Shown: positions 9,646 to 19,672 of the stretch, piece by piece | How the letters are laid out: every line of letters starts with the position of its first letter | Numbering within the stretch: the stretch's first letter is position 1 | Source of the DNA: an uncultured delta proteobacterium | Lineage (GTDB): Bacteria > Desulfobacterota > Desulfobacteria > Desulfobacterales > Desulfosalsimonadaceae | Length of the DNA stretch: 64,000 nucleotides | Direction of reading: 5' to 3' | NCBI GenBank assembly: GCA_963826785.1 | Contig: CAWGYD010000001.1 | Span: forward strand, 352,001-416,000 | Position numbers and translations under genes: made by a program | The notes under the pieces: generated by a model | Told to the model about the DNA's origin: nothing | Databases searched by the model: none | What the model saw: the letters and a program-made list of their open reading frames with translations, nothing else

Positions 9646-10695
9646 TTAAAAGGGCCAGGTTTTCCAGTATTTTTTGGTGCGGATCCAGAAACCGTAAATT
9701 CCCATCGGCTCGAAGATGATGATGAGCACCAGAATCGCCCCGAAAATGATGAACTGGATGTTTGAAACGCCGGTGAGCGAGAAATAATTTTCCGAAAGCT
9801 GCCTCAGCCAGGTCCCCACGTAAGGGATGGATAGAACATTTCGCAGTTCAAGGTCGAGCCAGCTCAACAGGATCGCCCCGGCAATCGGACCCATGATTGA
9901 ACCCAGTCCGCCCACCACCGCCATGGTCAAAAACATGATCGACATGAACATGGAAAACAGGTCGGGTTCGATAAACCGGAGTACAAAGGCGTATAAACCG
10001 CCGGCAATCCCGGCATAGAAGGCGCTGAGGGCAAAGGCCATGGTTTTGTAGAGCACCAGGTTCACCCCCATGGTTTCGGCGGCGATTTCCGCATCCCGTA
10101 TGGCGATAAAGGCCCTGCCGACTTTGGTCCTGGTTACGTTTCGCGCAAACAGAACGAGCAGAATGGTGATGCCCATCACCACAAAATATAATTCCCGATC
10201 GGTATCCAGGTGCCGGCCCCAAATGACCAACTCCGGTGCATGCAGGCCCATCCTGCCGCCGAGCAGTTCGATCTTGCCGATAATCTGGGTAATGGTCAGG
10301 CCGAAACCGAGTGTGGCGATGGCAAGGTAAGGTCCTTCCAGGCGCAGTGCCGGAAGCCCCAGGAGGAAGCCCAGGGATGCGGCCGTCAATCCGCCTGCGG
10401 CAAGGGCGGCCGGAAAGGGGAAATGGGCCAGAGACATGAGGGCGATTGTCGCATAGGCGCCGACGGCAAAAAAGCCGGCATGCCCCAGGGATATGTGCCC
10501 GGTATATCCCACCAGCAAATTGAGCCCGACAACGACGATGATATTGATGGCGATGTAATTGGCGACATAGACATCATAGTTTTTGGCAAAAAACGGAAAG
10601 AAACCGAGAAAAACGATCAGGGCGGCAAACCAGAAGAGGACTGCACCCGAGGAAAAGAAAGCGACATCTTCATAGTAGCTTCTTTTTATATCCAT
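9646..10695 (-). CDS. livM: Liv-type ABC transporter permease
   Basis: GYTGHISLGHAGFF, YLAIATLGF and GRAFIAIRD motifs. Confidence 0.9.
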   Translation of the reverse strand: MDIKRSYYEDVAFFSSGAVLFWFAALIVFLGFFPFFAKNYDVYVANYIAINIIVVVGLNLLVGYTGHISLGHAGFFAVGAYATIALMSLAHFPFPAALAAGGLTAASLGFLLGLPALRLEGPYLAIATLGFGLTITQIIGKIELLGGRMGLHAPELVIWGRHLDTDRELYFVVMGITILLVLFARNVTRTKVGRAFIAIRDAEIAAETMGVNLVLYKTMAFALSAFYAGIAGGLYAFVLRFIEPDLFSMFMSIMFLTMAVVGGLGSIMGPIAGAILLSWLDLELRNVLSIPYVGTWLRQLSENYFSLTGVSNIQFIIFGAILVLIIIFEPMGIYGFWIRTKKYWKTWPF

Positions 10696-10789
10696 GAGGA
10701 TGATCTTTCGAGGGAAAGGCGGATGAGAAGGAAAACCCGTTTACGGGCCTGTCTGGAGCGATCTCGAGATGAAATGGACGAGGTCTTGG

Positions 10790-10833
10790 TAAACATTGTT
10801 TAATAACCTAAACGGAAATTTTTACCATGTCAA
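10790..10833 (-). promoter_or_regulatory. Sigma70 promoter of the liv-acyl-CoA synthetase operon with an adjacent palindromic operator
   Basis: TTGACA-17-TAGGTT on the minus strand (10833-10805), followed by the perfect palindrome TAAACA-N-TGTTTA (10790-10802). Confidence 0.6.
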
Positions 10834-11102
10834 CAAAAGTTCGACAGGAAAAGCCGAAGTTTTCCGGAGGGATGCAGCTGTGCTCGCAAATACGGCGGAT
10901 CGGCCCTGGCCCCGCCGGTCCCACCGAAGGCGCGCGTGCGCGCTTCCGGGCGCCTTGTCCGGGAAAATCCGTAATTCATCGCTTGCATCGATCTCAACCG
11001 GTGTTAGGCTTTTTCTGTATCAGTATTGGCGAATGGTGAAATTACCGAAAATTCCAAACCGTGCCCATCCCTGATGGATGGATCACAAGGCAAGGAGCGG
11101 CC

Positions 11103-11832
11103 ATGGAAGAAATTTCAGGAAAAGTGGCATTGGTAACCGGGGCAAACCGGGGCATCGGAAGGGCAATCGCGCTTGGCCTTGCCCAAATCGGCCTCGATGT
11201 GGGGGTGCATTTTCTCTCCGATGAAGAAAAGGCGGAATCGGTCTGTGCCCGTATACGCGAACTCGGCCGGCAAGCGGTCAAAATTCAAGCCGATGTATCA
11301 CAAGCGGCAAATATCACCCGGATGGCAAAAACGATCGAGCAGGAACTCGGCACGATCCAGGTGCTGGTGAACAACGCCGGGATCGCCCACCAGGGCAAAC
11401 TGGAAGATCTTACCGAAGCCGAATGGGACAGAATCATGGCGGTGAACCTCAAATCGGCCTTCCTGTTGACCCAGGCGTGCCTGGCCGGCATGCGGGAGAA
11501 AAAGTGGGGCCGGATCATCAATATTTCCTCGGTGGCCGCCCAGACCGGCGGTGTCACCAGCCCCCTCTATGTCACCTCCAAGGCCGGGCTCATCGGCCTG
11601 ACCCATTCGTATGCCGCCATCCTCATCAAGGAAGGGATCACGGCAAACGCCATCGCCCCGGCGCTGATCGACACGGACATGGTCCGTGAACTGGGGGCAA
11701 AACCCGAAAAAATTCCGGTGGGCCGGTTCGGCACGCCCGGAAGAAGTCGCCCAGGTCGCGGCAATGCTGATCCAAAACGGATATATCACCGGCCAGACCC
11801 TCAACGTCAATGGCGGATGGTACTTCAGTTAG
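11103..11832 (+). CDS. FabG-like short-chain dehydrogenase/reductase, frameshifted near 11737
   Basis: TGANRGIG, NNAG and YVTSK motifs; removing one base at ACGCCCGGAA restores the C-terminus GTPEEVAQV...YITGQTLNVNGGWYFS*. Confidence 0.85.
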
Positions 11833-11884
11833 GCAATTTATTCGCTGCCCCATATTTTGAGTCATCAAATTTCTTGAAATCCTT

Positions 11885-11913
11885 CTAAATCCCCCTTTTC
11901 CAAAGGGGGACTT
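11885..11913. repeat. C5/G5 hairpin (REP-like or terminator)
   Basis: AATCCCCCTTTTCCAAAGGGGGACTT. Confidence 0.5.
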
Positions 11914-12188
11914 TTCTGCCCCGATTCAGGTATCGCCTCACCCCAAAATCTGCCCCCCAAAAAAAATTTGAGCACGATTATGGTCAAATATCAAACACCT
12001 CTGCTCCCCGTGCAGGGTGCCGATATAATTTGTCACCTGATAACAAGGTTTCCTATTGTAAACCCAGTTTTTTGCTGTTAAGAGAACGGGGAAATATGTC
12101 AAACGCATGATCCCCCAAGGATTGTCATCAGCGGATTTGAAGCGTGTCCTTTTTCGGACACCCCCAACAGCGAGAAACTGGCGGCAGA

Positions 12189-12204
12189 CGGCAATGCAAA
12201 TGCA
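12189..12204 (+). promoter_or_regulatory. Possible sigma54 (-24/-12) promoter of the acetate channel gene
   Basis: CGGCAATGCAAATGCA has GG-N10-GC spacing; TGTCA-containing motifs lie upstream. Confidence 0.3.
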
Positions 12205-12300
12205 GTCTATTCAAAACGCGACAGGCCGAGGTGATATCGATTTGAACATATTATCCGATAATTGGATGGTCATTACCTCAACAGAAAAAAAGGAGAATTT

Positions 12301-12900
12301 ATGTCAGAAAATCACACCTTCGTTTCCCCCGGCCCGGCAGGACTTGGCGCTCTGGCAGTTGCATGTTTCGGTTTCGGGGCGGTATTTACCGGCAAGGTCG
12401 GATTGGGCGGGCTGCCCCTTCTGGCTGCATGGCTCATCGGGGGCGGAATTGTACAGTTCACCGTTGCGGTCATGGAATTGAAAGACCACAACATGACCGG
12501 CGGCAATGTATTTCTTTTCTTCTCCGCTTTTTTCATGTTCGGCGCCGCCCTGTCCGTATTTGCCAAATTCCTGATGCTTTCCGGTCTCATGGGCACCACG
12601 CCGCCCCAGTCCATGGTGGAAGGTTTTTGCTGGATGGCGGGCGCTGCCTTCCTCACCGCGGTAACCCCTGCCTATTTGAAGAGCCCCAAGCCCCTGTGCT
12701 TGATTGTCATCCTTATTGACATCGCCCTTTGGCTCATCGTCGGGCTGGATATGGGCCTGATCGGCGCTTCCATGAAACCCGTGGTCGGCTACCTTCTTTT
12801 CGGCGCCGGCTGGCTGGCCGTCTATATCGTTGCCGCCGTCGTCAATAATCATGTATACGGCAGGGTCGTGATTCCCACATTCGGCACCTTCGTTAAATAA
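12301..12900 (+). CDS. satP: GPR1/FUN34/YaaH family acetate uptake channel
   Basis: N-terminal SPGPAGLGAL resembles the family NPAPLGL motif; about 6 TM helices; AAGGAG RBS. Confidence 0.8.
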   Translation: MSENHTFVSPGPAGLGALAVACFGFGAVFTGKVGLGGLPLLAAWLIGGGIVQFTVAVMELKDHNMTGGNVFLFFSAFFMFGAALSVFAKFLMLSGLMGTTPPQSMVEGFCWMAGAAFLTAVTPAYLKSPKPLCLIVILIDIALWLIVGLDMGLIGASMKPVVGYLLFGAGWLAVYIVAAVVNNHVYGRVVIPTFGTFVK

Positions 12901-12925
12901 GTTTCTAAAGAGAGCTTAAACCCGG

Positions 12926-12976
12926 AGCGGGTGATCTGCGCGCAAACCTTGCAGCGCACATCACCCGCTTTTTTTT
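12926..12976 (+). terminator. Rho-independent terminator
   Basis: AGCGGGTGAT...ATCACCCGCT stem followed by a T-run. Confidence 0.8.
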
Positions 12977-13195
12977 ATGGCAACGCCTGGGCACCTGCGG
13001 GGCAAAATGCGGTGATGGAGTTTGATTCAACTCATGAACGGTAAATGGCAGATCATAGGGCCATAGGGCCAGAAATTTTCAATTATGTAGCCGATCGGAG
13101 GACCGGGTTGGTATTTTATATTTGATTTTGTCTTACCGACCATTTAAAGTCCATTTTCTTAATTTATTGCACCATAAACAGGTATTGGACGAGAA

Positions 13196-13408
13196 ATGAA
13201 GGGACGAATCGAAATCAACCGGGAACTGTGCAAGGGATGTGAAATCTGCATCTTCTTTTGCCCGAAAAAATCGATCACGCTTTCGGACGAACTGAATGCC
13301 GCGGGCTATCTGCCGTCGACTTTTACCAACGACGGCGGGGAGTGCACCGGGTGCGCCATCTGCGCGCTGGTGTGCCCGGATGTGGCGATAGAGGTGTATC
13401 GTGGCTGA
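13196..13408 (+). CDS. 2x[4Fe-4S] delta subunit of 2-oxoacid:ferredoxin oxidoreductase
   Basis: CKGCEICIFFCP and CTGCAICALVCP. Confidence 0.9.
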   Translation: MKGRIEINRELCKGCEICIFFCPKKSITLSDELNAAGYLPSTFTNDGGECTGCAICALVCPDVAIEVYRG

Positions 13409-14477
13409 TGAAAAGGTATTGATGACAGGAAACGCCGCCATCGGCGAGGCCGCCATAAGGGCCGGCTGCCAGTCCTATTTCGGCTATCCCATTACACCGC
13501 AGAATGAATTGACGGAATATATGGCGGCGAAACTGAGCCGGAGGCCGGGATGCGCCTTCGTGCAGGCCGAAAGCGAGATCGCGGCGATCAACATGGTTTA
13601 CGGCGCAAGCGTTGCGGGCGTGCGGGCCATGACCTCCTCCTCCAGCCCCGGGATCAGCCTGAAGCAGGAAGGCATATCCTATCTGGCCGCGTGCCAGCTC
13701 CCGGCGGTCATCGTGAACATGTCGAGGGGCGGTCCGGGACTCGGGAGCATCAGCGCGGCCCAATCCGACTATTTTCAGTCCACCCGGGGCGGCGGGCACG
13801 GGGATTACCGGACCATCGTGCTGGGCCCGGGCTCGGTGCAGGAACTGGCGGATCTCACCCGGCACGCCTTCGAACTGACCGATAAATTTCTTATCCCCGT
13901 CATCATCCTGGGGGACGGCATGCTGGGCCAGATGATGGAGCCGGTGAAATTTCAGCACGAAGCCCCCAAGGTTCCGCCGGTAAGAAAAGACGCGCTCAGG
14001 GGAGCGAAAGACCGGCCGAGCCGGTTTGTGCGCACGTTCACCTCCAACCCCCCTGATCTGGAAGAGCTGAACTGGAGCCTGTTCAGGCGCTATCAGCTTC
14101 TGCAGAAACAGGAAGTGATGTGGGAAAATTATATGACCGAAGATGCAAGGCTCATCGTGACCGCCTTCGGCATAGCGGCCCGGATCGCCAAGGGGGCCAT
14201 CAGGCAGGCCCGGGACATGGGCCTCAAGATCGGGATGTTCAGGCCGATCACCCTCTGGCCGTTCCCCTCAGAGCCGCTCCGGGAACTGTCAAATACCACG
14301 AAATACTTTCTCGATTTCGAGATGAACATGGGGCAGATGATCGAGGACGTGAAGCTGTCCCTCGAAGGCCGTGGTGACGTCTCCTTCCACGGAAGACCGG
14401 GCGGCGTGATCCCCACCCCGTCCGAGGTGCTGCGCATCATCACGCGCATTTACTATCAAAAGGGTTTGAACAAATAG
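13401..14477 (+). CDS. 2-oxoacid:ferredoxin oxidoreductase alpha subunit (VorB-like)
   Basis: GYPITPQ, QAESE, TSSSSPG and RGGPGLG motifs. Confidence 0.9.
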   Translation: MADEKVLMTGNAAIGEAAIRAGCQSYFGYPITPQNELTEYMAAKLSRRPGCAFVQAESEIAAINMVYGASVAGVRAMTSSSSPGISLKQEGISYLAACQLPAVIVNMSRGGPGLGSISAAQSDYFQSTRGGGHGDYRTIVLGPGSVQELADLTRHAFELTDKFLIPVIILGDGMLGQMMEPVKFQHEAPKVPPVRKDALRGAKDRPSRFVRTFTSNPPDLEELNWSLFRRYQLLQKQEVMWENYMTEDARLIVTAFGIAARIAKGAIRQARDMGLKIGMFRPITLWPFPSEPLRELSNTTKYFLDFEMNMGQMIEDVKLSLEGRGDVSFHGRPGGVIPTPSEVLRIITRIYYQKGLNK

Positions 14478-15232
14478 TGAAAAAGATATTCAGCCATCCC
14501 AAATCGTTGAAAAAGGCCGTTTTTCACTACTGCCCCGGATGCGGGCATTCCATCATCCACCGGATCACCTGCGAGGTGATCGACGAACTCGGCATCCAGG
14601 AGCGGGCCATCGGCGTCCCGCCGCCGGGCTGCTCGGTATTTGCCTATTACTATTTCGATGTCGATATGGTCGAGTCCGCCCACGGCAGGGGCGCGGCAGT
14701 CGCCACCGGGATCAAACGGGCCTATCCGGAATCCATCGTGTTCACTTACCAGGGCGACGGGGACCTTGCGGCCATCGGGACGACCGAAACGCTGCACGCC
14801 GCGAACCGGGGCGAGAATATCACGGCCATTTTCATCAACAATGCGGTTTACGGTATGACCGGCGGCCAGATGGCCCCGACCACCATGCTGGGGATGAAGA
14901 CCACGACCTCTCCTTTCGGCCGGGACGGCAAGTTTGAAGGACATCCCATCAAGATGAGCGAAATCCTCGGACAGGTCCAGGGGAGCTGCTACGTGGAGCG
15001 GGTCGCGGTAAATTCGCCGGCCAATATCAAAAAAGCGAAGAAAGCCATCAAAAAAGCCTTCCAGAATCAGATCGAGGAAAAAGGCTACTCCCTTGTGGAG
15101 ATACTCTCCCCATGCCCCACGAACTGGAAGATGAGCCCGGTAAAATCATGGCAGTGGGTGGATGAAGTCATGGCAAAGGAATTTCCTCTCGGATTAATCA
15201 AGGATACCACGGGTAAGAAAAGTGCTGATTAA
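14477..15232 (+). CDS. 2-oxoacid:ferredoxin oxidoreductase beta (TPP-binding) subunit
   Basis: YCPGCGH, QGDGD, NNAVYGMTGGQ and SPCPTNW motifs. Confidence 0.9.
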   Translation: MKKIFSHPKSLKKAVFHYCPGCGHSIIHRITCEVIDELGIQERAIGVPPPGCSVFAYYYFDVDMVESAHGRGAAVATGIKRAYPESIVFTYQGDGDLAAIGTTETLHAANRGENITAIFINNAVYGMTGGQMAPTTMLGMKTTTSPFGRDGKFEGHPIKMSEILGQVQGSCYVERVAVNSPANIKKAKKAIKKAFQNQIEEKGYSLVEILSPCPTNWKMSPVKSWQWVDEVMAKEFPLGLIKDTTGKKSAD

Positions 15233-15752
15233 AATCATTTTCGCCGGTTTCGGCGGACAGGGCGTATTGTCGATGGGGCTTAACCTGGCTCAGGCCGCCA
15301 TGCTGGAAGGAAGACATGTGACGTACCTTCCGGCCTACGGTGCGGAAGTGCGGGGGGGCACGGCAAACTGCACGGTGTCGGTGTCCGACGAGGAGATCGC
15401 CTCCCCGGTGGCCTCCTCTCCCAGCTATATCGTGGCCATGAACCAGCCGTCCATGGTGAGGTTCCAGAACAAGCTGCAGTCAGGCGGCCTGTTTTTTTTA
15501 AATTCCACCTTGATCAAAGAGCCGGTCAGCCGCGGAGACATCGAATTCGTAAATGTACCGGCCAATGCCATGGCCGAGGAACTGGGCAACATCAAATCGG
15601 CCAACATGATCATGCTGGGGGCCTTTATCAAGAAGAGCAATTTGCTAAAAATCGACAGCCTGATCGACGGACTGACGGTTGCAATGAAGGGCAAACAGAA
15701 GATTATCGACATCAACAAAAAGGCCCTGACCGCCGGGTACAGTATGGCTTAA
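15222..15752 (+). CDS. 2-oxoacid:ferredoxin oxidoreductase gamma subunit
   Basis: AGFGGQG, YGAEVRGG and NMIMLGA motifs. Confidence 0.9.
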   Translation: MLIKIIFAGFGGQGVLSMGLNLAQAAMLEGRHVTYLPAYGAEVRGGTANCTVSVSDEEIASPVASSPSYIVAMNQPSMVRFQNKLQSGGLFFLNSTLIKEPVSRGDIEFVNVPANAMAEELGNIKSANMIMLGAFIKKSNLLKIDSLIDGLTVAMKGKQKIIDINKKALTAGYSMA

Positions 15753-15771
15753 CACTTTTCTGGAGAGACTC

Positions 15772-16203
15772 ATGTCCATCAAACAGATATCCGTCAGTCT
15801 TGACAACACCCCGGGAAAATTCCTGAGCATCAGCGAATACCTGGCCACCGAAGGGATCAACATCCGGGCCATCACCGTGGCCGATACCTCCGATATCAGC
15901 ACGGTGCGCTTCGTCACCAACGATCCTCAGAAGACCGTGACCACTTTGAAAAGTCACGGATTCTCGCCGAAGGAGACGGACGTGATCGCAGTAGAAGTTC
16001 CCGACCATCCGGGAGGCCTCAGGGCGATCCTGAAACCGCTGAAATCCGCAAACATCAACGTGCTCTATTTTTATCCCTTTCTCGGAAGGGGCGAGAGCGG
16101 CCAGCCCGTCGTGATCCTGGGGGTCGACAAGACCGAGGAAGCCATGGCGGTATTGAAGAAAAACTGGGTGCACACGTTCGGCGGGGAAATCTATTCTCTG
16201 TAG
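15772..16203 (+). CDS. ACT domain-containing protein
   Basis: Tandem ACT pattern (IKQISV..DNTPG, INIRA, VPDHPGGL, INV). Confidence 0.85.
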   Translation: MSIKQISVSLDNTPGKFLSISEYLATEGINIRAITVADTSDISTVRFVTNDPQKTVTTLKSHGFSPKETDVIAVEVPDHPGGLRAILKPLKSANINVLYFYPFLGRGESGQPVVILGVDKTEEAMAVLKKNWVHTFGGEIYSL

Positions 16204-16217
16204 GCGTCGCGCCTGTT

Positions 16218-17135
16218 TTAATTTGCTTCCGGAACAGGTTTGATGAAGCCGGGCTTTGAAAACGCCGGATCCGGATAAGCATAAAAGCCCTTGCCCGTTT
16301 TTTCCCCCAGTTCGCCTTTGTCCACATAACGCCTCATGAATTCGGCATTCTTCATCTGCTGGGGATCTTTCACGATTTTGGCCCAGTAATCGGTGAGCTT
16401 CCACACCGTATCAATGCCGATGCTGTCCATGATCCCGAAAGGGCCCATCAGTGTGTGCATAACCCCCATCCAGGCCCGGTCGATGTCTTGAATGGTGGCC
16501 ACGCCGTTGGCGGCCAGGGTCTGGGCGGACTTAAAAAGCTCCATCAGCATCGCGTTAAAAACATAACCGAAATTTTCCCTCTTCAACACAATGGGTATCT
16601 GGCCGATGCGAACGGCAAAGGCTTCTATCAATGCCGCCACTTCCGGCAATGTGCCCGGATGGGGCATGATGTCGACAACCTGTGTGACCCGCGTGTCATG
16701 GAAATGAAACGCCGCAAACCGTTCAGGCCGCCCCGTGGCTTCCGCAATCATGGAGGGCACCAAAGAAGATGTGTTGGTGGTGAAAATGGTATGGGCGGGG
16801 CAGATCTCATGAAACTGGGCAAATACTTTTGCTTTGAGTTTCGGATCTTCGGGGACGGATTCACTGACGAAATCAGCATCTGCGCCCGCGATCACGGGGT
16901 CTGTCGTCATTTGCATTCTGGACCTGGCCGCCCCAGCGGTTTCTTTTGTCAGCCGGCCGCTGGAAATATATGACCGGGACAGCTTATCCAATCGATTGTT
17001 CGCCGTTTGCAGCATGTCCTCGGAGATATCGTACATCACGACGTCAAATTCGCAAACCGCGCATTGAAAACCGATCTGCTGGCCCATGGTGCCGGCTCCG
17101 ATAATCAGTATGGTCTTGATATCTTCCAGCTTCAT
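16218..17135 (-). CDS. 3-hydroxyacyl-CoA dehydrogenase family protein
   Basis: GAGTMG, ESVPE, TNTSS, GPFGIMD and GEKTGKGFY motifs; GGAGG RBS. Confidence 0.88.
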   Translation of the reverse strand: MKLEDIKTILIIGAGTMGQQIGFQCAVCEFDVVMYDISEDMLQTANNRLDKLSRSYISSGRLTKETAGAARSRMQMTTDPVIAGADADFVSESVPEDPKLKAKVFAQFHEICPAHTIFTTNTSSLVPSMIAEATGRPERFAAFHFHDTRVTQVVDIMPHPGTLPEVAALIEAFAVRIGQIPIVLKRENFGYVFNAMLMELFKSAQTLAANGVATIQDIDRAWMGVMHTLMGPFGIMDSIGIDTVWKLTDYWAKIVKDPQQMKNAEFMRRYVDKGELGEKTGKGFYAYPDPAFSKPGFIKPVPEAN

Positions 17136-17438
17136 GTTGTCCTCCTCCATTTTGAAGTAATCTGATCCGCTGATATTCGCGTGCGCCTGAATTTAGTCAG
17201 TGCCGCCGATTTTTATACAGCAGAAACAATAAGTCAATAAAATAACGAACGCTCGCTCTATATTTTTATTGACAAGCATTCCGCTACTCTTTTATGAATT
17301 TATAATCGAGTTTTCCATTTTCTTTTATGGCAGGAAAACAGAATTCATTCATCGGATTCACAGAGCTCAAACAGGTGAATCGATTTACCCGCATGCTCTG
17401 TGGAGAATCTTTGCAATTCAAAACAAAAAGGAGCAGTC

Positions 17439-18197
17439 ATGGTGTCATTTGATTTAAAAGACAAAATCGCCGTTGTCACCGGCGCCAGCCGGGGCATCGG
17501 CCGGGCGATCGCCGAAACGTTTGCGAGCCGCGGTGCCGAGGTGGTGCTGGTCAGCCGAAAAATAGACGCCGTAACAGAGGCCGCCGATGCCATCGCGGCC
17601 AAAGGCGGAAAAGCACGGCCGGCTGCCTGCCATACGGGCGATCTCAATGCCATTGAGACGCTTTTCAACATGATTGAAAAGACATATGGCCGCCTGGATA
17701 TTCTGGTGAACAATGCGGCCACCAACCCCTACTTCGGGGAAATGGCCGGTGTAGACGAAAGCGCCTGGAACAAGACATTTGATGTCAATCTCAAAGGCCC
17801 CTTTTTCATGATCAAGGCCGCCATCCCCCTGATGAAAGCCGCCGGAGGGGGCGCCATTGTCAATGTGTCGTCGGTCAACGGCCGGCGTCCGGCCCCGTTC
17901 CAGGGAATTTATTCCGTCACCAAAGGGGCGCTGATCACCATGACCCAGGCCTATGCCAAAGAACTTGCACCCTTCAAAATCCGCGTCAACGCGCTGCTGC
18001 CGGGATTTACGGATACCAAGTTTTCCGCCGCCCTGATGCAGCAGGATTCAATTTATAAACATGTCATCGCCCAGATTCCCATGGGCAGACATGCCGACCC
18101 TGAAGAAATGGCCGGTGCCGCGCTGTACCTGGTCTCGGATGCTGCTTCTTTTACCACCGGCACCTGTATCACCTGCGATGGCGGCTATCTTGCCTGA
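17439..18197 (+). CDS. Short-chain dehydrogenase/reductase
   Basis: TGASRGIG, NNAATNPYFG and YSVTK motifs. Confidence 0.9.
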   Translation: MVSFDLKDKIAVVTGASRGIGRAIAETFASRGAEVVLVSRKIDAVTEAADAIAAKGGKARPAACHTGDLNAIETLFNMIEKTYGRLDILVNNAATNPYFGEMAGVDESAWNKTFDVNLKGPFFMIKAAIPLMKAAGGGAIVNVSSVNGRRPAPFQGIYSVTKGALITMTQAYAKELAPFKIRVNALLPGFTDTKFSAALMQQDSIYKHVIAQIPMGRHADPEEMAGAALYLVSDAASFTTGTCITCDGGYLA

Positions 18198-18325
18198 TCT
18201 GCGCCGGAATATCGACAACGGCAGCCGGCGGGGCTGAGCAATAGTTCTCCGAGTGCGGCTGTAATGGTGATATGATCCTTTCAACTCATGTGGTACTGTT
18301 TACAAAAATGGCGAAAGGGATGATC

Positions 18326-19111
18326 ATGAAAACAGCCGTTGTTTCAGGCGCTTCGAAGGGCATTGGCGCTGCCGTAGCTTCCGCTCTTGTTGAAAACGGA
18401 TATAAGGTCTGGGGCTTGTGCCGCACTAAACCAGCCGACAAAAAAATCTGTTTCCTTTCCTGCGATGTCACCGATGCAAAACGCGTGGGCGAATGCTTCA
18501 AAACAGTATTTGACACTGACGGGAAAATCGACATTTTGATCAATAATGCTGGCATGGGCATTTCCGGAGCGGTTGAATTTGCCTCTGACAAAGATATAAA
18601 GCACCAGATGGAAGTGAATTTCATGGGAGCCGTAAACTGCGTGCGGTCTGCAGTTCCTTATATGCGTGAATCAGGCGGAGGAAAAATATTATTCACATCA
18701 TCCCTTGCAGCCGTCTTTCCGTTGCCATTTCAAGCTTATTATTCGGCAAGTAAAGCGGCGGTCAGCATCTTTAGTGATGCTTTGCGGCTGGAAACATCAC
18801 CGTTTAAAATCAAAACCTGTTCGTTGCTTCTCGGCGATATAAAGACCGCATTCACGTCAAACAGAATTAAAAATGATAGGGGGGATGCGGTCTATTCGGG
18901 CCGCATATCGAAATCGGTTGCCGTAATGGAACGTGATGAGCAAAACGGGATGTCTCCGGATTCTGTTGCGAAGATAGTGGTTTCGCTTCTTGGCAAAAAA
19001 CACCTTCCATCCAAGAAGGTGGTGGGATTCAATTATAAATTCTTTTATCTTCTTTCAAAAATTCTACCGTCATCTCTTACCCTCAGGATCGTTGGCCTGA
19101 TTTATGCGTGA
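18326..19111 (+). CDS. Short-chain dehydrogenase/reductase with AT-richer codon usage
   Basis: SGASKGIG, NNAG and YSASK motifs. Confidence 0.88.
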   Translation: MKTAVVSGASKGIGAAVASALVENGYKVWGLCRTKPADKKICFLSCDVTDAKRVGECFKTVFDTDGKIDILINNAGMGISGAVEFASDKDIKHQMEVNFMGAVNCVRSAVPYMRESGGGKILFTSSLAAVFPLPFQAYYSASKAAVSIFSDALRLETSPFKIKTCSLLLGDIKTAFTSNRIKNDRGDAVYSGRISKSVAVMERDEQNGMSPDSVAKIVVSLLGKKHLPSKKVVGFNYKFFYLLSKILPSSLTLRIVGLIYA

Positions 19112-19275
19112 GGTTATCGCTCAGGGGATAGGGGATAATATGCGGATAACTTGTCAGCATCTGTTTAATATTGCCTCTCAAACCCCCTGAACACTGGATC
19201 TGGCAATCCCCACCCGCGATAGATTTCCAGGAATGCCGGTCCATAGCCGGAATATGCATCGGGAGCAAAACATCT

Positions 19276-19419
19276 TTAAGTCAATGGCCACTCGACCGTG
19301 ATGGCGGTTCCATGGCCGGGCCCGGATTCAATCTTAAAATTTCCGCCTGAAAGCTCAACGCGCTCTCTCATGCTGGTCAACCCGAGCCCTTGCCGATGAT
19401 TTTCCATGTCAAATCCCAC
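19276..19419 (-). pseudogene. C-terminal remnant of a HisKA_3-type sensor histidine kinase ATPase domain
   Basis: VGFD...GLGLTSMRERVELSGGNFKIESGPGHGTAITVEWP; the upstream part of the frame is unrelated. Confidence 0.7.
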
Positions 19420-19467
19420 CCAATGAGGATCGGTATGTATGAATTGAGTAATCGAGGAGCAAGGGCA

Positions 19468-19629
19468 ATGAATCTTAAAGAGGAACTTGAACACCTCATT
19501 CCTGGTGTCGAACAAAGCCCGTGGCGGAACCATGAGCATGACCGAGGATATGGAGTCTTCGGTTTCGTACAAGAAGAGAACTGGGGGTATCTGAACATTA
19601 TGCCGGAGGATGATGCAGATTCGTCATGA
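19468..19629 (+). CDS. Possible small acidic hypothetical protein (53 aa)
   Basis: GAGGAG upstream of ATG; MNLKEELEHLIPGV...; no family recognised. Confidence 0.3.
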   Translation: MNLKEELEHLIPGVEQSPWRNHEHDRGYGVFGFVQEENWGYLNIMPEDDADSS

Positions 19630-19672
19630 CTGTTTTTCTTGATCCTTAAAGATAATTACTTACTATTGGAAT

